Origin: Haplodiscus bocki
Lineage: Eukaryota
DNA: 64,000 nt
Reading direction: 5' to 3'
Assembly: GCA_965655095.1 (NCBI GenBank)
Contig: OZ296656.1
Span: 84,568,001-84,632,000 of the forward strand
The notes under the pieces are model-generated. The model ran no database searches and was not told the DNA's origin. It saw only the letters and a list, made by a program, of their open reading frames with translations. Positions 39,065 to 49,900 of the stretch are shown here, piece by piece (within the stretch, counting starts at the first letter, position 1; every line of letters starts with the position of its first letter). A program made the position numbers and the translations under genes.

Positions 39065-39949
39065 ATGTCAAAAACATCAACTTCGACGTCGAAATGTGGA
39101 TCTTGCAAAAGAGTGGTGAAAGGTGGCGACCCCTCTGGCATTGCCTGTGACAATTGTAGTGTCTGGTATCATGGATATTCATGTGCTCGGCTCTCACAAA
39201 AAGATGTCACTGTGATGGGCAGAGTTAGTGGTTGTCTCTGGATCTGTAGCTCTTGCAGAGACAATGATGCCTTCAAATCCGAAGCTAAGTTCAATTCCTT
39301 ACTTGCTATCAAAGAGCTGAAAACTTCGATGAATTCAGTACAAAACTCTCTTACTGAAATTAAGACGAAACTCGAGCCTGCGCGCGAAATAAATAAGCCA
39401 AAATATATTGAAACAGATCTTGTAAAAGACAATAAGTTACCCCCAAATGCTCCTTTTCAACTAAAATTTGACAATTTAGCTGAAGCAAACGTTGAGCAAG
39501 TTTCGCCTGAAAATCGAGCTTCTGCGATATTGAATCATGAAATGGATGCTGTAAATGAAGTCTTAACTCACCTTGAAGAATCCCCGCAAATAATGGACAT
39601 AAAGCGCCTAGGAAAATTTGTAAGAAATAAAGAAAGACCGCGCGCAGTTATACTCACCTTATCATCAGCTTGGGATGTTCGGAAAATTTTATCAAAGGCT
39701 CCAAAAATAAAAAACTTTCACAAACCAATTTTCATTAATAGGATGCTATCCCCAGAAGAAAAATTGAATGAAAATCGCATTCTGCAAATACGCAGAGATC
39801 TGCTAAACCAAGGCATTGAAAGAAGTTTAATCAAAATTAGAGATCTTAAACTTTTTGTTGACGGCAAAGAAATTGACCTATCTGATTATGCAATTCTGAA
39901 AAACCAAGCAGCTGTTTCTGCAACAAACCAGCTACCTGAGAAAAACTGA
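39065..39949 (+). CDS. LINE B ORF1 protein (PHD finger, coiled coil, RRM-like region)
   Basis: CGSC...CDNC..WYHGYSC...WICSSC is a PHD finger; IKRLGK...RPRAVILTL...IFINRML is typical of L2/CR1-type ORF1. Confidence 0.9.
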   Translation: MSKTSTSTSKCGSCKRVVKGGDPSGIACDNCSVWYHGYSCARLSQKDVTVMGRVSGCLWICSSCRDNDAFKSEAKFNSLLAIKELKTSMNSVQNSLTEIKTKLEPAREINKPKYIETDLVKDNKLPPNAPFQLKFDNLAEANVEQVSPENRASAILNHEMDAVNEVLTHLEESPQIMDIKRLGKFVRNKERPRAVILTLSSAWDVRKILSKAPKIKNFHKPIFINRMLSPEEKLNENRILQIRRDLLNQGIERSLIKIRDLKLFVDGKEIDLSDYAILKNQAAVSATNQLPEKN

Positions 39950-42854
39950 CTATTTCAGTATGATGTATTTCTATTCAACTGCCAAAGTCTGATTAATCTT
40001 GACAAACGACATCAGTTATCAAACCTAACAGCAAGAGAAGATTTCGATATTCTCATGCTTACCGAAACCTGGACAACAACTGACTTTGCTGATGCTGAAT
40101 TCTTCCTTCCAAAATATGCCATCTACAGAGCAGAAAGAGATATACCGGATAATTTAAAAAAAAAAGATAGAGAGTCAGCCTACATGGTGGATCAGCAATC
40201 GCTATCAAAAGAAATATTCCTCACACAAATATTCCTTTTACTTCGGATTATCTGCGACAATCAGCTGTTTTTGTCCTTATTGACGCTGGATCATGCTCAA
40301 TTGCGTTGATTGTAGTCTATAACCCTCCCTCAAATAGTAAATATCGAGCATCTATTAATGAGTGGATCACGCTTCTTAATTTTATAGAAAATCACAAAAC
40401 TGACTACCATATACTAGGTGGTGATATGAATCTTCTAAAAACCAATTGGAATATCAATGAATCTGCTGATGAATATGAAAGATTATTCATCAATGAATTT
40501 GAGCAACGAAACTATATTCAATTGGTAAACCTTAATACCACCAGAAGCAGTATTCTTGATCTCATATTGACCAAAGATCCTGAAATCTTGCAGTCTATAA
40601 TTGAATGCAACTCTGTCATGTCAAACGGTCCCAGCTCAAATCACTCTTCTATCCGATTTAGTGTTTGCATTAAAAGCAATCATAAATACTACAAGAATAT
40701 CACTAATCACAGGAAAGTGTATAGTTTCTCTAAATGTGATTTTAATGCTTTGGCTTCCCTCATGATAGAAACTCCATTCGTACCTAAGTGTTTTAGTAAT
40801 TGTGACAAAAATATCGAAGAATTTTACTCTTGGATATATCAACTTATTGAACAGGTTACGCCAGTAGGAACATTGCATCGTTCGTCCTTAGCACCTTGGG
40901 TCAGCAGTTCTACATCACATCTAATCAAAAAATTTAATACAGTTGTGAAACGTCTGAAAACTAAACCGTGCAACACTCTTTTGATTAAAAAATGTAGCTT
41001 ACAGGCCACATTATCCGATGAATTACGCAAAGATCTGTGTGAATATCAGCAAACTATTTTTGCTACCAAAAAAACTCAAGCAAAATGTTTCGCCACTTTT
41101 GACAACTTAAACGTGAAGAAATATCTCCAGGTATTTACAGAGATATCCCGAATGACAGGAAATGGGCTGAGGATGATAAAGATCGAGCTAATTTGTTTTG
41201 TGAATATTTCAGCAGTGTTAACAAAACTGATAGAATGACTAAAACTCCTGAATATAGCAACCCTGGGAATACAGTAATCAGGATCACAAAGACTGAAATC
41301 TATAAAACATTAAAAAAACTCAATGTGAATAAAGCAAAAGGTCCTGATGAACTTCCAGTCGCATTGTTCAAAAACACCGCAGATGCTATTCAACACCCAT
41401 TGTATAGCATCTATCGAAATGTAGCCGGTCTGGGAGTTTACCCAGAAACGTGGAAGCTTACATTAGTAGTTCCCGTATTCAAAAAAGGTGATAAAAAATT
41501 TGTTGAAAATTATCGCCCTATTAGCCTGCCGAACACCACTTCAAAAATTTTTGAAATAAAGGTATACAACCAGCTGTTAGCAACGTATTCCCCACATTCA
41601 AACGACTTACAGTATGGCTTTAGAGCGAAACGATCACCTGTGCTAAGATTACTGAAGACTTTATCCCATATATATGAGAAATGGACAAAATCTGAATGCA
41701 TTGCGCTCTTCCTGTTTGATTTTAAACGAGCTTTTGATAGCATAGACCACGTAATTCTGATGAAAAAGCTCCAGCGACTTGGGTTATCCTCAAAATTTTA
41801 CTCACTGCCTACATCATACATCACAGACAGGAAAATAATGGTGAAAATCAATAACGCCGCTTCAAAAGTGGAAAAAATCAACTGCGGTGTAGCACAAGGT
41901 ACCCTTATTGGTCTTCTTTGCTTCATTATCTACATCGATGACTTACCAAATGAATTGCTCTATTTATATGCATATCTTTTTGCCGACGACCTATCTGGTC
42001 TATATATCGGATCCTGCTCTCAATCATTTCTTCTCAAAAACGACCTCATGAGCTTGCAAATTTGGAGTGAAACCCGCTTTTTACTTTTCAACTCAAGGAA
42101 ATGTCACTATCTCTTGCTCAAGGGACAGCTAAATTTTTCACCTGAAATATACTCTGAGGAAATTGCTGAGTGTACTCGAAATACTGACCTGGGTCTGGTG
42201 GTAAGTAACAACCTCAAATGGACTGCTCATATAGAAACTAAGCTTGCAAAGGCAAACAAAACATTCCATATGTTGAAGAGAAATGTCAGCAAATCTATTT
42301 CGCAATATTCAAAACTTCTCTTGTACAAGAGTACAATTATCCCCCAACTTCTCTATGCATCAGAGTGTTATTCCTTATCAAGAATGGATGTCAGAGCTCT
42401 AGAGGCCTTCAACAAGAAAATCACCAAATGGATGTGCTATTTAGATTCCTACAAAGACAGATTATCTCACCTGCAAATTTTGCCTTTGACATATTTCATG
42501 GAGATGAAAGAAATTATTCTGTTATCGGGTATTGTTACACACAAATATGATGTATATTTTGATTCCAATATCGTTATGAAATATGGGCGAAATGAAATAC
42601 AGTTCTACTTACCTCAAATATCCTGTGAATTATTGCGTGACAATTTCTTTTATCGTGCCTGTTATCGAGCTAATGTCCTTTCCAAACCCTTGAACATCAC
42701 CGACAATGAAAATATCAAAAAGAAATTACTTAACCAAATGTGGAAAAAATTTGTTGAACAATATCAAGAAAACAACATCTGCTCATGGTACTTTGTTTGC
42801 CTATGTGTAACGTGTAGGAGCATCCACAGAAGACAGATGATCATGAATGCATAA
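39950..42854 (+). pseudogene. LINE B ORF2 (APE endonuclease and reverse transcriptase), two frameshifts
   Basis: LFNCQSL, LTETW, VYNPP, GGDMN, ILDLIL, NYRPISL, FDFKRAFD, GVAQGT, LFADD and C-terminal CLCVTC. Frameshifts fall in A-runs at ~40160 and ~41070. Confidence 0.92.
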
Positions 42855-42977
42855 ACTATTGAAGCCTGATTCGACAGATATTTCAAGAGCAACAACAACG
42901 GAAACTGTTATCAATGAACTCATTTAATGGGAGCAGTCCCCTCGCTTTGGGCGTAAATTCAGTATATATATATATAT

Positions 42978-43803
42978 AATAGAAAAGATCAGCTGTTGCA
43001 TCTTGAAAAGAAAAAAGACTGGTTGAAAGATCGAGTTTCAAATACTCAAGCCTCTCTGGACTCAGGACGAGCCTACTTCTGGAATTACGCATCATACCAT
43101 CGACCGGAAGTAAATGTTGTGTTGAGAGTGTGAAGTGCAGCAAAGCATGATCAGAGTGGTCACAAAACTCTGACTCGATGGAGACACAAACTTGAAAGTT
43201 GCAAAGAAAAACGTCCAGGGTATTCCCAGACTTATGAGTAACAATGTCTACATATTGGCTAAAGCCATTTGTCAATAGAAAGGAGGATAAAATAGGATAA
43301 TTGGGAATATCATGGAATGGTAAAGATGACCAATCAAATCCAGGAAAATTGAAGTCGCCAATCAGAAATATTTTGTCGTCAGTTGACCAGGAGTATTGCC
43401 GGAGAGATTCTTGTATGAAATTCGTCAGCCGGACATCAGAGATCCGGTATTCACTGCTAATTGGCGGGTTGTATATCAGCAAGAATAGAATACCTTCAAT
43501 TACTGTAGAGCAACCACAGTCAAACTGAGATGTTAACGTAGTAGACTTGCTTGGATCCCAACCAAACGCTGCTGTACCACCATGTATTCGCAAGCTTCTA
43601 TCGGAACGACAAATTTGAGCTGGAGTGTTGTTGGGGAAAACCACTGAACTTGTTTGACTATCGAACCACGTTTCAGTAACGAACAGGTAGCTACAAGTAC
43701 TCAACAAAAATTTATTGAGAACTTTCAGTCGTCTCTCAAGTAATAGAAGGCCTTGAGAATTTAGGTAAAATAGATTCAATGATAATTTGCAGAGAGTTGG
43801 TTG
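42978..43803 (-). pseudogene. LINE A ORF2, APE endonuclease domain
   Basis: YLNSQGL, VTETW, HGG, IYNPP, IGDFNFP, THKSGNTLDV and SDH motifs. Confidence 0.92.
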
Positions 43804-44615
43804 TCAATCAAGCTTCACCTCTATCTCGCCTGAAGACGTGGATTGGTAAAGCCTGAACTTTTGTATCCGAAGGTCTTCTTTCCTTATTCCAGAATTCATT
43901 AACTCCCATCGTTTTTCAATACTACTTGTTCTTTTCTCACGTCTGCCTCTGACAGGCCAGGCGTGATTAGAATACGTGAGTTTTTGTACAATTCCTTTTC
44001 AGAAGCCTTTGCTACCAGCGCTCTGGCATCCCAGACAGAATTAAAGGTAACGAGCAGTTTTCTGGTTCTGCCATCAACAAATTTCCCAATGCGTCTGCAT
44101 TCCTTAATCGGATATGTACATCCGATTGACGAGCAGACGTTCTCAACTTCTTCTTTATCTTTGAACTGACGTTTGATTCGACTTGCTTCATTGTTTTCTG
44201 GAATCCCACTTACTCGGACCTCGTATTGGTATTCTTCAATATTTTTTGATGGAGATACCTTTTCTACATTTTGTATTCCTTTTTTAGCGGACAGTTCGAT
44301 AGGCGGAATTTTCATAATGGAGGTTTGTAAGTCATTAGCAATAGAACTTAGCTTTCGAGTTTGTTTGGCCAGTTCCTCGACTGCTTTCGTCTGTGGAAGA
44401 CAAGAATCGCAGAACCAGCGGCAGTTTGATATCCTCCCCAGCACGCTGATGTCATCGGAAGAAAGAGACACGCAGGCGCCATGGAACCATCTGCTGCATT
44501 CATCGCACATGATACAAGGATCCACGTGCTCTGCTATTTCCCCCTCACATTGGCCACATCTTGAGTGTTTTGCTTTGTCATCAGAGACACTCGCTTTTGC
44601 TCGTTTTGGAGGCAT
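43804..44615 (-). pseudogene. LINE A ORF1 (PHD finger), one frameshift at ~43912
   Basis: CGQC...CDEC..WFHGAC...WFCDSC. The post-shift frame RWELMNSGIRKEDLRIQKFRLY aligns with LINE B ORF1 RRDLLNQGIERSLIKIRDLKLF. Confidence 0.88.
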
Positions 44616-45599
44616 CGAAAGATCTGAAGTTGACTTATTAAACAGCCGAAGCTATTTAATAAGTTTATCACAACAATTAGGCTAAGCACTACACCTAAGC
44701 ACAACATCTAAGTGGACCCTCCAAAGCTTAAGCAGCCTGTCAAGGAGAGCCCCAAAAACAACACTTTCTAATTTTCTGTCCCGCAAAGGTTTTTCTCCGA
44801 AAACAAAGATAATCATAGTTTTTCTGACCAATGTTTGAACATTTTGGTGTTTTGTTCTGCGTTCCGGTATTGCACGTTGGCCTGATGAAAAATTGATTGG
44901 AAGTACTCCCCGGCATGTCAAGAAGTTATCTGGAGAATATGTTATTTGAGGGACTTGCACTTTGCCTATACATTAACACCCGAGTAAAAGTAGAGATTTC
45001 AGTAATCATTCACGGAAAAATATTCAAACGACCATTTGAGTACAACTCATTGACAAAGTCCGAAACGATTTTCAAAAAGTCCCTAACATTAACTTGAAGG
45101 ACAGTCAGTCCATTTTTTATAACGATGAGGAAGTTAGTATTATCAGTTTTCTTCGAAACAAAAATTTCGCAAAAATTTTTCATGCGGGTTGAAAACTGAA
45201 TAAAGGTTATTGCAGGAAAAGCTTCTGTAGATTAAAGTCTGTAAGATAACTCGGGTTCTAAAAAGTTTAATACGAATATTCAAAAAAGCACGTATCACAT
45301 AATAACGCATTGTGGAATGTACATGAATTTGTGGGGGCAATTTTTTAACACTTTCGCAATTATAGAAATTAAATTTACAACCTGTGACAACTTTCACGTT
45401 CATTCATTTGACAGTTTCGGGGTCCGTGAGTATTTTTTCGTCTGAAAAAAAAACTTTCAAAGTTTGAGTGTGACTAATTGTGTCTGGGTAAAATTTGAAA
45501 GCAGCTTGTTCTAAGCATACCAGGAGATAAATTTAGTTGGTTCGTCAATTAAAAATTTAAAAACAGTTATTGTAATCGGACAAAAAATTGTATCATCCG

Positions 45600-48480
45600 A
45601 AAAAAGTAAGGTATGATGCGTTCACATTTGTTTGGCAGACCATTGATGTAAAAGAGACAATCAAGGGCCGAGTAATGACCCTTGTCGAGTTCCGCATACA
45701 ATAGAAGCCCAACAAGGGAACCTAACCCCAAATTTTACTCTGTGATACCAATTGGAGAGAAAAGAGAAGAACCATTCCCAGGACAACACATCTTTTGACG
45801 TATTGTTCTACTTTGGCAGAAATCGTTCAAGGTCATTCTTATCAAAAACTTTCTTGATGTCAACAGGGAGACACCAACGCACATGTTTTTTTTTTAATCG
45901 AAACCTGATTTTTCACGTTTATCAATGAGAATATCAGTGGTAGGAACTTAGGGGCAAAACACGGAGTGCTTAATACTTCAATTTTTTTGACTCTAAGGCA
46001 GCTATACATAACTCTCCCGCAAACTTTTCTGGCAGATGGAAAAAAATAGCCAGGCCTATAATATCCAGGCTTTTGTTTTCATCCAGCTTTATTTATTGGT
46101 GTCAATTTAGCAATTATAAAGCAGACTGGGAAAACGCATTGGAAAATTGAATTTTTACTTACAACTAACATGGGATTTGCTGAAACATGTGCTGAAACTT
46201 TCAATACTAAAATTGAATTCTCATCAATGACAGTTGTTTTTCCACTAGCAAGCTTTGTTTCCAGATCATCTTTCTCTACAGCAGTGCAACCATCCAAAAA
46301 AACGATTTTTCATGATTTGGTATGTTCGCTGTAAACGTTTTTTGACACAAGCACCAAACAGATGATTGTATTTCAGCGTCTACAGCGGAGATATAAGCAT
46401 CGAGAATTTTAGCGCAATATGTTTCAATTTTTTTTGAACACCCGAACTATTTTGCTAAATTGGACTAGCAGTTGATGAATCTCGTCCACTCTTTTTTGAT
46501 TGTTGTTTGAGAAACAAAAGTTTGTTTCTCAACAATGTAGTCCAGTTTTAAGAATAATGCACCCTCCTCCTGAATTGCTTCGTATAATTAACCGTATTTG
46601 CCATTTTTTGGTTTTCGAAAAATAAAAGTTCCGTTGTAAAAAAAGATTAGTTCAGGTTCTAGAATTTTTCTCTTTTTGAGTAAGTGTTTGACACAACATC
46701 AAAACAAGAACACCTTCTCTGATGATTTTTTTGCCCGAGTACTTTGTTTACTCATGAAGTGTTTGTTTGAAAATTTTCACTGATTGATTGACCTCGTCGT
46801 TAAGACAATCATTCGGGAAGAAAGGTAGTAACTTTGTTCAAGGCTTTCTTAACCTTTAGAGTTCTCAGCAGAGTTGTAGAGTAACAAAAACCTTTTTTGG
46901 CTTCCGTAGCGGGTTCTTCTAAAAAGAGTGTACGAGATTTGTATAGCAAAATGATCGGTATTGCCTAAAATTTCATTTGACAAATCAATTTCGACAGCTT
47001 TCACTGAGTGCCAGTTGATCAATTAGAGTTTATGGACTAGTTTTACGAGTTGGCGTATCTATCATTTGTGCACATCCATTTAATGTCAGAGCAAGATTAT
47101 AGGACTCCACTATTTTAGAATTTTGTAGAAGAAAAAAGTTCAAATTTCCAACCATTTTATATTGACAATTCAGTTCTTGCAAACGTTGCAGGTAATCATC
47201 GAAATGCAGGTAATTTTCGCTGTTTGATTTTCGAAGACACGTATAAAAACAATTTACCTAAGTGTTTCGTTCCTGAAAACAACTGACTGTCAAATTACTG
47301 AATGTGCTATACTCGTGTTCAACTACCGCGAAAAGCCTTGATAGCAACTCCGTTACATTTGTTAGAATTACCAGAAATACCTGCTTGTAATCATTAAAAC
47401 TAAACTACTCGAGTGGTTGATCACCAGAGAATTGGGTCTCTGGAAAAGATAGTTTGCTTGGTTCAAATTGATTGGTTTTCGACTAATTGTTTTAGTTCAT
47501 CAAAATGTTTACTTAGTGAACGAATGTACATATGAAGTATATATGCTTCACATTTCACCTTCAATAACTTCATTTGTCAAAATTGTTTTGTTGTTGAAAA
47601 GTTTATAGTTTTGAGAGGTCGAATTCTAAAGAAGACGACTCACAAAGGCGTTAAACAACGACTTGTCCTAAACATGGATTGTAAACTAACAATCAAATAC
47701 TTGTTTACACTCATCATTCATAGACATTAAAACTTTTCATTCACCAAATTTGCGTTTGCCACAACCTTTCTTTGTCTAAGTAAAAAGAAGAACTTAACTT
47801 TGAGTGGTGTAACGTCGTCAACAATGATTCCCTTTTCCCTTTTGATCATTTTTTCATGTTTTGTGTGACGCTCAAAAACTTTTCAGTGATGGTTTCCGGC
47901 CCCAGTTTTTTAGTCGTTAGTTTGTGACACAAGATGATTTCTTCCATCGCAAAAGCAAAACCTTCTTGTTTCCCAACCGCTTTTTGATTGACATCTTCTT
48001 CAGACACTTGAATCACACCGACAATCCTCAAATTGTCTCGGCTTCCATTATGTTCGATAGCTTCCACTTCTGTAGTCTCGTTGAGAAAAATTTCCCGGAT
48101 TACATCGCTCTTTGGAAGTTCATCCATTGCTTTTGCAGCACAACAGAACCGCACATTAGTGGCATTGATTGGAGTCTCTTGGGAATTTTCCTCGCATATC
48201 TTACTTGGGAACACACAGGGCGAGACCTGCCGTCATCGCCAGTACAATGACACTTCTTCAGTTTGTCAGGTGAAATTTGCCGTCCTCGACATTGGGTTTT
48301 ATTTGAGACAGAAGCCCTCTTCGGCCCACCAAGCTTGGAACAATCTAATGAATAGGTTTATTACAACAATTAATCAAGTTATAAACAGTAGTGGGAGCGA
48401 CCAAAATCCAAGCAAAAAAATCAAAAAAAGGTACAATCTAACAAACGAAATCTTCAGAAACCGAAAAATTGACAATAACA
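45600..48480 (-). mobile_element. Heavily decayed LINE (ORF1 remnant and ORF2 remnant); boundaries approximate
   Basis: ORF1-like SRDNLRIVGV...EDVNQK...CHKL (47846-48214) and RT-proximal CVFPVCFIIAKLTPINKAG (46079-46297). Confidence 0.7.
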
Positions 48481-48559
48481 AGACACAATAACACCACGCG
48501 CTTGTTCATTTAACACAAGATGATGGAACAAACTTGCTGTCGTCAAAGTAAGTCGCCGA

Positions 48560-49900
48560 TAAATCAAAGAAACCTCCGTAGGCATTGAAAAGATTGTCGC
48601 GAAAAAAAAAACGAATGTAGATATACTGCAGCACCATGTTTTGAAATGATTTGAAGCTTCCTGTTTCCATTAGTCGTCACAGCAGAAGAAATCGAACTAT
48701 TAAAGAAAAAATTTTGTGAAAACAGGGCAAAAAACGACAAATTCTCCACGAAATACTTAGTCTCGCTTCCCACTGTTTGTGCACCACCCAACTCGAATCT
48801 ACGGATTTTTTGTATAAATTGTCTTGCGTCATGGTTTCTGTTTAGCTCATTTAACAATCGTTTCCATGACAGAAACAAAAAAGACAGAGAAGTGCAATAA
48901 AAGTTTTTGAACTACCTCAGTTCGCCCAGTTTTCAGTAGAGATTTAGTTGAAGCGTTTTTTGAAGTGCTCTACAAGTTTTTTGGTAAGAGCGAAGTCACC
49001 AAACTATTACAAAAAAAGTTTAGGTTGAAACAATCCATCATAAACTGGCCAGCGGAAATCACAGGGGAAGTTTGAAATTCGAAGGAAACTTTAGATTAAT
49101 GTTCTGTCGTTTTGATTTGCAAAAGGCTTTCGACAAAGAAATCACAAACGATTGCGTATGAAGTCGGATCTCTATGGTGTCGTTAGAATTGTACTGAGGC
49201 GGCTATCATTTTTCATTAAGGTTGTTGTCAAGGTGTTTTGAATGATTGCATTATGTGCACTCTGAAAAACGTGGTTATACTGTATCGGATGGCTCCAATT
49301 CTTGACTTCTGCTGTTCATCAATAATATAAGGGTGCTTGCATGTATTTGTCGGACTGCTGAACCAAATGTGTTTGCACATGACACAAATTTGTTGTTGCA
49401 AAAAGCGATTGGGATGTGTTTCAGATTGGCCAAATCCGAGTTAAAAAGCTGTCAAAGTAGCTGAAGATCAGCAAACTAGCGCAAAGTTTTGACAAATATA
49501 ATGTTTTAATTCAGAAAAGAATGGATTATGTTCTTCACTTTCACTGGAGAAATATTTGGACAAGTCAGTCTTTTAACAATTTCTGAATACATGTTGATGC
49601 CAAATTGCAATTTGTCAAAGTCATTTTCTGTTTCGTGAATTGATTGTTGAAGCACATCTCTTCAACTGCCATGCTGTGTCGGAAACTGATAAATAGAAAG
49701 CTTTTAAAATATATATGAAACCTACGTCCAGGTGGTTTATTGATTTACAGCTGCAACATTAAAAAAAGACTTGTGCCCATTTTACAAATTCAGGAACACA
49801 ACTTCCGGCCATACCTTTTCTAGGAACAAGAAATTCCCCAGTACCATTTTTTTCAACTTGTCGGAATGCTAAAGGTAACAATTGAAGACAAATGCTGTGG
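48560..49900 (+). mobile_element. Heavily decayed LINE reverse-transcriptase remnant
   Basis: TTTGATTTGCAAAAGGCTTTCGAC reads FDLQKAFD at ~49111. LLLFI-like segment at ~49305. TTTGCACATGACACA reads FAHDT, a degenerate FADDT, at ~49372. Confidence 0.7.

Larger units (their letters stand above)
39001..42977 (+). mobile_element. LINE B: full-length PHD-ORF1 / APE-RT non-LTR retrotransposon inserted antisense into LINE A
   Basis: 5-bp TSD AATAG (38996-39000 and 42978-42982), (TA)n tail at 42963-42977, 5' fold-back, intact ORF1 and frameshifted ORF2. Confidence 0.94.
36911..44665 (-). mobile_element. LINE A: full-length PHD-ORF1 / APE-RT non-LTR retrotransposon (CR1/L2-like), split by LINE B
   Basis: ORF1 44615-43804, APE 43803-42978, and RT 39000-~36995 (YIDFCKAFDKV, GVPQGSVLGPLLF, LFADDT). 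(TAG)n 3' tail at 36911-36941. Removing LINE B rejoins ORF2 in frame (ADLFY|SQNWFR). Confidence 0.93.

Noticed and set aside
39940-39949. G_AAA_AAC slippery-like site before the LINE B ORF1 stop
   Set aside because: The -1 frame terminates within six codons while the APE motifs are in frame 0, so readthrough fits this copy better.
44173-44685. 170-aa plus-strand ORF and other antisense ORFs over LINE, INTS3 and Polinton genes
   Set aside because: Antisense shadows of real coding frames.
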